In this document: in pieces, positions 1 to 10,748 of the stretch
How the letters are laid out: every line of letters begins with the position of its first letter
How positions within the stretch are numbered: position 1 is the stretch's first letter
Origin: Klebsormidium nitens
Taxonomy: Eukaryota; Plantae; Klebsormidiophyceae
NCBI GenBank assembly: GCA_000708835.1
Contig: DF237038.1
Span: forward strand, 82,901-146,900
Direction: 5' to 3'
DNA length: 64,000 bases
Notes under the pieces: generated by a model
Told to the model about the DNA's origin: nothing
Databases searched by the model: none
Seen by the model: only the letters and a program-made list of their open reading frames with translations
Translations under genes and position numbers: made by a program

Positions 1-291
1 AGCGCGCACAACGGATAGCTTATCTGCAACAGCGGTAGAGCGGCCCGCAGGCTCTCAAGAAAGCCTGTGGTGGTGAATAATCGTCCCTCTACTTTCTGAG
101 CATACCAAGCCGAGCTGTTAGTTGCGCGGGTACATAAGTCTAGCAACCCCCTCAGGCGCAAAATCTCCAGTTCGCTCGCACTCGTCCCCGTCAAACGTCG
201 GGTGAAAGAAGGGAAGGGATCGAATCCGAGTTTGGGCAGGGACGCAAAAAGCGGTGAATTTCAGAAGCGCATATAAGATGCTTCCTCGTAC

Positions 292-3200
292 CTCGGGTGT
301 GAACACCGCGACCCGGGACGCGTCTGCCGACCGGTTGCCGTCCTCTTTCATGCGCATCTGGAGCTTCTTCCGGTCCCGGGAGTCCCTCCCGTTCGTTGAG
401 GTTACATTCATGAGCAGGTCACGGATTGTCTCGTTGTAGATCTGCGCGGTCGCGAGGGAAGAGACTCTTTTGGGTCTCTCTCACGACAGCCTTTCCTAGT
501 GTCACGACAGCCTTTCCTAAAAAACTACATTGAATCTCCTTGGCTTAAAAGCTTGCAAACATTCGACCAAGGAATCAATCTGCTGAATCCTGGCTTTCAC
601 AATTGAAGGACTACATAATTGGTTTACAAAGTCTGAACAGGGAGTACGAATCTCAAAAAGTTTGACGGTATGAGCTAGCCTTACTTTACTTTCTCGGCAA
701 CAAAGACAAGCAGTACTCCATAGGCATTTTCCCGCTTTACAGAACACAGACACCCCTCGCCTCGACCATCTCTACCCCGATGTCAACAGCACCTCGGAAG
801 AAGTAGAGTCCAAGGGGACTCCTTTCAGCTTTACGGACTCAAAATCCCCCTCACGTCGACCATTCCGCAAAATGACGACATCGGGCTAGCTTTCAATTCT
901 CTTCGTCGCAACAGTGCCGACGGCACCTCAGAAGACAAAGATCTCAAATCGATTTCTCCGGGCGGCAGAGTTCAAAAACGCCCTCACCTCGACCATCTCT
1001 ACCCCGATGTCGAAGTCCCACTCCGCCGACCGATCGCTCCGCAGCCCGAAGAGTAGATCAAGTGCCCGGTAGTTGACACCGACCGACTTGCTGTCGAGCT
1101 GCCCGCTTGGCCCGGACTGTGAAAGTGAGATGGGCATGAAGTCAGCAAGCTAAGTGTCAAGAGATCTCCTTCGTGCGGTGCTTCTATCTGAAAGTATCTG
1201 AATTTGGAGCTCTGACTTTCGCTCCCGTCCGACCTAACATCCAAATGATCGTGCCTGGCTAGAAGAACATTGCTTTGTTTTGAAGATAGGGGTGAAAGAT
1301 GTGCAGCCACGTTCGGATGGTCAATATTACCCGACGACTTTGGCGTGTCGGTTCCTTGGAAACGCTTTGATTTGAAGCGTGCTCAATCTTAAGAATACTC
1401 GTAAGCCGTCTCTGTCGCTCCACCCTAAGACACGGACCCTCGTTGCAGACAGCGCCTTCAACCATTTTCTTCACGAAATGAGAGCAGAACGCGCGCTGCA
1501 AAGTCGCGCGCGTCAAGCTCAAAGTGGGCGCGCCCGCGCGCGGGCGCGCGCTCACCATGGTGTGCGTCTTGCCAGAGCCGGTCTGGCCGTATGCGAAGAT
1601 GCACACGTTGTAGCCGTCGATGACTGACCGGATGATCCCCTCAACCTCGCTGAACACCTCCTCTGCACGGGATGACGTGGCACAACGTCAGCGTTCGTCA
1701 GCGATGACGATGTGATCGGACTTTTCCGATCGATTCAGGCGGCCAAACGGCTTAAAATTCCGGAATGTCAGAAGATTCTCCAAAGTAGCTTTGTCGACGA
1801 TACTCCAGAACGAGCCGGGTTAGGAACTCGTTCGTAAGGCAAAGAAGGTTAGAAGCTGAAGCCGCGCCTGTGAGGTCGCACAAACGAAGAAAGTCCGACA
1901 CTTTGCTTTCAACAATCCCGATTATACAAAGTGTTGGATGTTCGACAACAACCACGTTCTTCATTTGATACACCAACGCCTGAGTTCTCAGCGGAGGGCA
2001 CGGCTCACCACAGCCGTTGGAGAAGACACCAATGTCCCTGCTCTTACACAGATTGATGGTGCATTGCACCGGCGAAGCGGTTGCTGGCCGACTGGTTTCG
2101 ACCGCGGTCGTTCACTTCTCAAGAAATTGAGCGTTCGAAAGCCTACGTATCGAACCACCCACCTTGCGTCGCGTTCCCGCCGTACACTTTGTCGAAGCTG
2201 AACTTGTAGCTGGGCGCCTTGACCCCCTGCTGCTGCTTCACCAGGATGACGTCATCCCCGGGGCACGTGGCGGCCGCGAAGGCGCCGTCGCGCAGCTCCT
2301 TGTGAGACAGGGGCCGCACGCGACAGAAGACGCGGATGTTGCCTGCGGAGCGCGCGGTACGGGGTTCAGAGCTTCTTTTTCGGGGGGCGGGGAAAGACGC
2401 TTTTCAAGAAACGGACGAATCGCTTGCGAACACGGTTTGCCGGACGAAGATCATTTGGTCAGCTGGTTCAGGCATGCGTCAGACGGTCAAACTGCTGGCT
2501 GGGCAAACGATATTATCACGAACACCGTTGCCAATCGGAGCTTTGTTCGAATCGTCCTTGCCTGCTCCTTCGTCAGCACGCCTACAGAGTCCAGGAACGA
2601 AACTTAGACCTTGAATGATCAAGCATGGACCTATTATACAGAACGACTGCAGAACCTGAACTGTGGGCAAGCTACGCGTTATTGACTAGGTAGATCTTCC
2701 TTGTCTGCAGCAACGAGAGACGCGCGCGCCTCAACAAATACTGGGATCGATCACCGCTGTCGTCTTTGCAAAACGCGTCTCCTCGTTTATCCAACAGATT
2801 TCCAGTCATCTCACTTGACTTTTGAGAGACGCTCAAGAGTGTGAACGTTCGAGCGCCCACCTTTGAGGTCGATGATCTCGTTGTGCAACCGTTTGTTCTC
2901 CTTCCGCACCGTGTCATATTTTTCGCCGACCTCGCGCAACGAGTCGCCCAACTCCAACACGCGCTGCATATCGCCCAAAAGCGGCGCCCTGAACGCCTCG
3001 AACTCGCGCTTAACCCGCGCCAAACCCTCGCGCAAACCCTGGGCCACGAGCAGCAGCGCGCGCAGCTGCTTCTCCTTCTTCTTCACGCCCTTCTCTGCGC
3101 GCGCACGCTCCTTCTCCAGCCGCTGGTTCGCCGCGCGCGCGTCCTCCAGCTGCTTCTTCCGCTCCTCTAGTTCCCGCAAAACGCGCGAGAGCTCGGCGTC

Positions 3201-5641
3201 GCGCGTCCCGCCCTGCCCCGCCAGCTCCTCGCGCACCTCCGACACCTCGCGCTGCGCGATCTCGAGGTCCGTCCGGAACTCCGCGCACTGCCGCCGCGAC
3301 TCCTCGCACTCCGCGACGGCCTCGCCGTACGCGCGCTTCGTCTCGCTCAACTCGTTTTTCGCCTCCTCTAGTTGCCGCCGCACGTCGCCCACCAGCGCGT
3401 CCAACTGGTCCGCCGTCACGGTCCCCGCCGACGATGTCCGGCTCAGCGGGCCGTCACCGGTACCGCCGCCGGCACCGTTACCGCCCTTCCCCATCAGCGT
3501 CTCCAGCTCGGCGAGCCGCGCGCGCATGCGCTCCTCGCGGTCGTTCGCCGCCTGGATCGCGCCCGTGAGCTCCTTCACGACCCGGTCCTTTGACGCGAGC
3601 CGCCGCGCGAACTTCCGGATCGTGTCGAACTCCTCGGGGCTTTTCACACCGAGCGCCGTCAGGCTGCTGCCGTACGCGCTCACCGCGGACGACGTGCTCG
3701 TCACTGAGTCGCTCCGCTTCGTCCTGCCGGTCGACGGGGACCGCGGGCCCCCGCCAAACGCCGGGCGCTCTTCCCGTCCGACCGGAGACTCGGGCCACAC
3801 CGCCGCGTCGTACTCGTCATCCAGATTCGCGGCCTCGTCCAAACTCTGTGACGAGCCCTCCCCCGTGCTCCGCCGCTCGCGCCCAAAACCCGTCTTCGAA
3901 TGCTTCCCACCCAGCGGCGACGGCGGGGATGACGTCAGCTCGATCCTGCGGAGCGTCTGCACCAGGGGGTCGTCCCCCTCGCCCTTTTCGTCCCCTTCGA
4001 GCGACGCCCCCCGGCTCGCGGTCGCCACGCGCAGCGCGAGCAGCCCCCGCGCGACGCGCTCCGCATCGCGGTGCTCCGTCAGGTCCGCGGCGGAGAACAG
4101 GTCCTCTTTCTTGCACCCGGCGGCGCGGCACACGGCGAGAAACGTGGTGATGCTCTCCATCGCGTTGAATTTTGCCTGGTACCGCGTGCGCTCGACCCAT
4201 CCCAAGCGGTCCTCCCGGGGGAAACTGCCATCCCGTTTCAGGGGGGTTCCGGAAGAACGGATGTCGCGGACCGCCGCGCTTTCGGTTTGCGTGGCGAGCA
4301 CGCGCGGGGAGATGTGGATGCGGTCGAGCGCGGAGGGGGCGGCGCTGCGCGCCACTTTGACGAGAAGATCGCCGTCGCAGAGTTGCTGCAGGGGTTGGAA
4401 ATTTTGCGTTGGTTCAAGCACCAAAGAACGGAGTGAAAGTGTTCCATCGCCATTGCCAAAGGATATGTACTTGTTGCAATATGATGTCCGTATTTAGGCT
4501 GCGATTCTTCCAACAAGTCCTGTCGTTTCAGGACGAATTGTCAGCTAGTTTTGCGGGCCTCTGGTCGCATGAACGGCTTTGCAGAAAGAAATCAGCTACA
4601 CGAATGCGAGAAATGAGAAGAGTGTGCGAAGAAGAGTGAAGGTCCTTGACACCTTTTCTTCAACTTTCATTTCTGAAGCTCACCCTGGCATTCGCTCTTT
4701 TTACATAGTGTTCAAATTGCCGGACTGTACATCGTCAGCAACATTGGACTGATACTTTTACCAGGCGTGAGAATCTTATTTCAGGTTTAAGTCTTGCTTG
4801 AAACCTTGGTTGCCAGCTGTCGTTATGACCTGCCAGCTGTCAAGAAAACCCGCAAGCAGTTGAGACCTTTGGTCCAACAATGAAGCAGAGAGCTTCATGC
4901 CAAAGATTGAAAGATACTGGAAGAACACGAACGTCCGGCAGAAGGCTCTCTATAAGGCTTTGAGCTGATGCGCTCATGATTCAAGAGTTTCAAGAGGCTT
5001 GAAGGTGCAGGGTTTAAATACAGACTTGTTCCTTTGGAAGATGGAAACCCGTTTGGCAAACCCACCCAGCGCTTGACTCGGCTTTTATAGACACTGGTTT
5101 GTGGTTTGTGCCTTTGCTTGCGTGTATGTTTCTTCCTTCGAGGTGAACTTAAGCATTCTTTGAGAAAATTTCTGGCAACGTCAATCTTGACCTTCAGCTC
5201 CGAGACTGGCCTCTAGACCTCTTTACGATAGCAGCCTCTTTCGTCACAATGGACCTTTATAGTGTAACTGCTGGTGCTGACATTAGGAGACAGCAGGGTG
5301 CAATGCCGAGGCTAGCAGAGTAATCCATCACGGTCTGAAGCACTGAGTCACAGCATGCTCCAACTCTGATTGCTCCCTACTAATCACCATAACCTAGAAC
5401 TGGCTCTTCAACTAAAACACCTGTCAACCTTCAGGATTGGGCTTAACCCCAGTTACCAGAAAACAAAAGCATAGAACGGCTTCACTCGATTCTTGCAGGC
5501 ACATCCGTGACGTCTATCCCTGGTAAGAGTCTGGAAAAGCAGTCGGCGCACCTCGCAGAAGTCGAACCCATCGGAGTCCAGCCAGACACCTGTCAACTCC
5601 CCAATCCATGACACCGCTTCTTCCACCGCCGACAGCTTCAT
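292..5641 (-). CDS. Kinesin-14 with N-terminal calponin-homology domain (KCH-like); 3' end lies beyond the left edge of the window
   Basis: Phase-consistent GT-AG exons: 5641-5552 ([22 protein letters not shown]), 4385-2861 ([11 protein letters not shown].. CH domain, then coiled coil ending [12 protein letters not shown]), 2342-2163 ([10 protein letters not shown]), 1662-1556 ([20 protein letters not shown]-loop), 1116-988 ([16 protein letters not shown]), 441-292 ([10 protein letters not shown]). These are C-terminal kinesin motor motifs. Confidence 0.93.
481..519. repeat. 21-bp direct tandem duplication in a kinesin intron
   Basis: tcacgacagcctttcctagtg is followed by tcacgacagcctttccta. 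Confidence 0.9.
761..784 (-). repeat. Echo of a kinesin exon 3' end with a mutated donor
   Basis: 24-nt exact copy of the exon tail gacatcggggtagagatggtcgag (real copy 988-1011). It is followed by GCGAG where the real exon has GTGAG. Confidence 0.85.
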
Positions 5642-6639
5642 GATGCCTGCCCCTAGGAACCCGCCACTCTCTGATTGGTCCACACTCTGCCACGTCAGCG
5701 GCTCCCTTCTGCCAGCTTGAGAGTCATCGTGTCACTCGCTTCCCGCTCAACCAAACCCTTGACGTTGCAATCAGAGCAGAAACCTGACGCTCCGCTTTTG
5801 CGTTTTTCTTCTCACAGGGCTTTGATGTGGCGCTCCATCCTTCTGCGACTATGATGCATGAACGGGCGGTTGAGGCTACTTGATCAGACCGCCTCCTTGT
5901 GTTACCAACTCAGCAGTGCAGAAGGGCGTTCGCTGTCTCTGCCCAGACTCTGGGGGCTGCCTCACGTGCTCCCTTTGCCAAAGTCATTCAGTGCTACAGC
6001 CCCAGATGTACCCGGCCCCTAACGCAGCATTGCTCTATCAAGGGACTTCTGGTTGCTGGAAGAGTTCCTATGGACATGAATATGACGGCATTGCTACGGA
6101 CTCGTCTGTCTCTATGTTAGATCTTCCGGGTTGTTGTTGACATCCCCTTTCGTTCACATCACCCAAGGCTGCTATACAGAACACAAATAGCAGCCCCTGG
6201 CATCTCAGAATGCTCACGTCTGTCTCAAATTGACGGGTGATTTCTCGCTGCGCAACACCAGATCTAAGATTCTGGGGCCATTCGCAGGACATCAACAAAA
6301 AGGAGGCGCTGTAGTGTCACTGATCCTTGACTGATCTGGATCCATTCTGGAGGCTTGAACCCTCGTTATCTGACAGCATTTCACTGTGACTTTCGCCACA
6401 GCATTGTGTTTTGTAGGAAATTAATGGTGGCCCTCTGATGAATTTAAACTGTTGACTTGCAAAAGCTGGAGATGATGATGCAGCATTACAATTCTCGTGC
6501 ATGCATTATGGCGCCAGAAAAAAAACTGCTTGTTCAGGCTGCAAATATCCTGGTGCTGTTTTGAATGATCGCGGCACCGACCGGTCAATGAAGTTCTGTG
6601 ATCGTTGGCTCCTTAGATGGACGGCCACGATACAGTACC

Positions 6640-6815
6640 TCATAAGGCCGCTTTCCGAACCGTACTGCTGCTAGATAGTGTTTCCCCTGTAGTATCTAAT
6701 ATAGGTCCTCAAAGTCGAGTACAGAGCTTCTGCTTCAGACAGCACGGGCCTGACGCACTCCAAATCACGTCCCAGTAGTACCTACTCCGGTACTACTAGC
6801 GGTAGGTACCTAGGT
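6640..6815. other. GTAC-rich island
   Basis: About 6 GTAC tetramers in about 175 bp (counted by eye), roughly 1 kb upstream of the kinesin ATG. Confidence 0.55.
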
Positions 6816-9800
6816 TGGGGTCGAAGTTTTGCGGAAGTTCCAGGCTGATCATGCATTACTCCGACTGAGTCAAGTCAGGCTCGCGCTCGTCCTCCACTTG
6901 CGGGAAGTGAACCAAATGCGCGCGCTCAAAAGGGTTTCTTTCAATGCCGTCGATGAAGTCAGCTTTCTCATCGTGAAGTCAGCTTTCTCATCGTCACCGT
7001 TCGTTGGGATCCGCATTCAAAAGTTAGTTAGTTTCGATGCGATAATGGATACACCACACATTACTGGATTTACTATTTAACGGAGATGCTTCTACCGTTA
7101 CCACCCTGAATTGTCGCTCTCAGCATGCCGAGCTGCAAAAGTACTAAGTAACTTCAAGTTGCGTGATCCCCTTGCGCATATTGCAGCAATTCTAGAACTA
7201 GTACTAGAAGGCATGCTCAAGCTAGCGCAGGATAGTTCTGCTGTATGAGATGAGGTTTTACTAAGGATGCAAGGCTGGCCAGCATTTGAAGCAATCGCTT
7301 GGTCGTAGGAATTTTGCTGCGCGAGTTGCTCTATTGAACGTCGAACAACAAAACGATCAGGTTGGTTCACACAACTTACAAGAGGATGGTTCTGCTGTGT
7401 TTGAGATAATCAACTGAGCAAGCTGGAGGCTGTAGGCTGCATGTGGTCACTACTTTGAGAAACTGCGCTGGTTTACATAGAGCTCGTGCAACATATCAAG
7501 CAGCTTAAAGGTGTGCATATGTTGGCGATTGGCAGGACGTGACAGCATTGGAAAGACAGCACTGAGTTGGCAGGTGCTCTTTTAAGTTCTCTGATGTCCA
7601 TCTCTCTCAAACCAGACACCGTAAGGAAGCTGGAAACAAGAAATGTTGCATGCCATACCTTGAGTAAGCCCAGCTGCGTGCATGCGCACTAAGGGCAAAT
7701 TTCTCAGGGCAACTTATCACTTGTGCAGTCGGTTCTTATTCAAGCGTTCTATATATAACCGGGCTCCGACAGTTTCAGCTTTGAAACACCAGCCCAAAGG
7801 CTGACTTAACGTCAAGTTTTAATCACCACTTTCCCAATTGACCATATGAGATCTTCTATTTGCAGAAAGTCCCAATTTTGCTTTTGGCTGCCAGGTTCAG
7901 GGAGGCAGATTGGACGCGGTACAAGGGAGGGCCACATGGCACCCCATTCTAGCTTACCACCACCGGCAGAGTAAGTGGTTGTCAATCAAACATTGTGGAG
8001 TGTTGGCTAAGTTTCCCCTCTTCCATCTCACAGCTATAATAGATTTTCGCAGTTGTTGTTTCTGTTTGAGAGGTGGTGATACAAGTTGCAATTGTTTCCG
8101 AAGCAGTGTGCATCTGGGTGTGTCTGCCGGCAACATCAGACTTGGTTATTAAGCAAGAATAAGCGCTCTCCAGTCGGCTGTATATTGTGACATGGGCAGG
8201 GCTTTGAGAGACTCTAGCCTTCATACAAAGTGCTCATGTTGATCAGTTGCCGGTTGATATGTTTGGATGAAGTGAGTTAATCCACGAGGGGCCTTTGTTC
8301 GTTGCAAATGGATGGAAGCTGCACCCAAACATTCTGTCAATTTCCTGCCGCAATTGGCACCATTGCAAGAGTAACCTTCCGAGGCCCATGAGCTGTGATC
8401 TCCGTGAGACGGTTCCGGAAAGCAGAGAGCCTGATTAAAAGCCTCAGGTGTTCGCTGTCTTACAAAGCGTCGGACTTTGTGAGGACGTCTTATGAATGTT
8501 GAGCTCCGGAACATTCACGACGATGACTGATTTGCAGGAATCCACACCAGCGGCAACCTCGACAAGTTCCTTACAAGTACCTTGTTCCCCTTGTATATGC
8601 TCCCATCCTCCCATTAAGTGAGCCCCTATATGATCCAGCTCAGAAAGCAAACAGTGACAAACTATACGCGTGCACTTTTTCCTGTAGTCTGTTCTAGCAA
8701 GGCCGCAGATCTCTGCTAGCAAGGGCAAACCTCAAGGTTCCTGTGCAAGTGGCCATGTACTAAGAGGCGAACAGCCGGGCCTCGATCGATGATTCTTCTT
8801 CACCTGCAGCTTGTTCTTCTCCTGAAACAACATGCATTCAACCATATCAGATCCTTTGGGTGGTTAACTCATTTGATAATCCTTGCAATCGGAATCCGAT
8901 CAATGGATGCTTCACTAGCTTTTCCTGCTTGATCCAGCTGCTTTGAGTGCTGCTAACGCCAGGCGTTGCGTCCTTGCAGTTCGAATAGGTCTAGCAAAAC
9001 AACCGAAACTCAGGACGCGAGTTTTTGGGTTAGCTGTCGGGGCCGCGCTCCTCCACGGGGCGTGGCTTATGTGAGCAGAAGACTTGGCTTTTTGTCCTTC
9101 GATACGGTTTTCCTGACATTTGGATGCAAAAAGCAAGCAGTTATTTGCAGGGAGTTTTTGGCCCGTTGTCCGATGCTTGCAAGTCAGATTGGTTTTGATG
9201 TCCAATCTGCTTCGAGTTACTCGCTGGCGCTTTGTTTGAGGAGTAGCGAGCAGCGTGTTGATTACTGATCAAGGAAGTGTTTTGTCAATCCAGAAAGTCT
9301 TAGGAAGTCCTGTGTGCTTAGATGCACATCTCTCTTGAACTTTGTACACGTATGCAACGAGGATGGTGACTCACAATCTGCTCGGACTCCGGGAGCAACA
9401 TTTCGGACGCACCAGTTATCAGCGTCTCAGTTACGTCTGCAAATCCACGGCGTCTTTGACCAGGTTTCGTATGCTGATGCACACATGTTGCATTTCTTTT
9501 TCTGCAGAAGCGATCTGTACAACCAAGAAAGTGCATCTACCGTTCCCAAGGGAAGACGAAGACACGAGTAAAGCGGTCTCAGGCAAGGCAGGTGAACTGC
9601 TTGTGGTCGATCCATTCCTTGCATTCTAGTCTCATCGTGTCTGCCGACGATCTTGCAGCTCGCTTTCCTATAGTTTCCCGAAACGACATTCCGTTTTAGG
9701 GGGTGTTTGAAGCCTGATCGCAGACAGCTTAGCTCTTGAAACGGGCTCGCCGACTCAAACGACAGGGACAATCGATCTTGTAAGAGTCCCAAATCAGCCA

Positions 9801-9879
9801 TAGAAGAGGTCTGGTGATGATAAATTAAGACTTATAAGTGTGCTAGTGCCTATATAGCTTGTCACTGTAGATCAGGAAA

Positions 9880-10600
9880 CTCAGACGGTCACTGCCATAT
9901 AACCAGTTATGGTAAAATATCGAGCCACCATGCCGCATGTAAAGTTTTATATGACGTCAGTCAGTCGTCAGGCCGGCCCCTTTAGCGCAGCCCGCTGGGG
10001 CTGAGCCTGCAGCGCCCTCATGAGCAAGTAAAACACATGCACAATAGTTTGAGGGCAGCACTTCTAGCATGCGGAAAGAGGGATTGAACATATGTTCGTT
10101 TGGCAGGCGATGCAGTGCGCTCAGCGCTAGATTGATATTCAACTTGAATTCGATCTGAGCTCTACGCTGGCACATGCATGGCATTGGCATAGGCGCAGCC
10201 GCAACGGGTCATGATGTGCGCCAGCCTGATGGTAGACGATCATGAGCGCGCTGAACTTGAGTCCGCGCGCCACATGTAAGCCATGTGTATGTATATATCG
10301 CCTCGATCAGATCCTGGCGCTTGCATGCGCATATGTAGACGGTTACTCCGGGTATATAAACCGTACAATGTTTGATCGCTACCGCTGCACCGGGGCCGAA
10401 AATAAGCGACATCGAGCTGATCCAAAGCTCGACAACGAATCGGATTGCACTCTGCTCTGTACGCGGCGGTCTTTCATGCATTGTGATGCATGGCCACTTG
10501 CTTGCCTTCGCTGCCGCGCCCACCATAGGTAAACCCGTGCTGAAAGCGCCAGAAGACTAAGGAAGCTGTGTCTGCCATGCTGCATGCGTTACACAAGCAA
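9880..10600. other. CATG/ATGCA-rich island, possibly a decayed repeat
   Basis: Dense catg, atgcat, catatg and gatc words with no credible ORF. Composition resembles 49680-50110. Confidence 0.45.
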
Positions 10601-10748
10601 ATAAGTCACCAATGCTTCAAGGCGAACACTCAGGTCAAAATAGCTTTCAGTGAAGTTGTCCTTTGCAAGCACTAACACTTCCGCTCAGGCATTCAGCATG
10701 TTATACATTGCCGGCAAAACTCTCTGCGGCCCCGCTGACCTGTGCAAG

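Noticed and set aside
2863-4497. 544-aa plus-strand ORF
   Set aside because: Antisense shadow of the GC-rich kinesin exon 2. It is S/R-rich with no motifs.
6956-6998. 20-bp direct repeat gaagtcagctttctcatcgt x2 (also a 15-bp duplication at about 61702-61731)
   Set aside because: Isolated small tandem duplications with no further structure.
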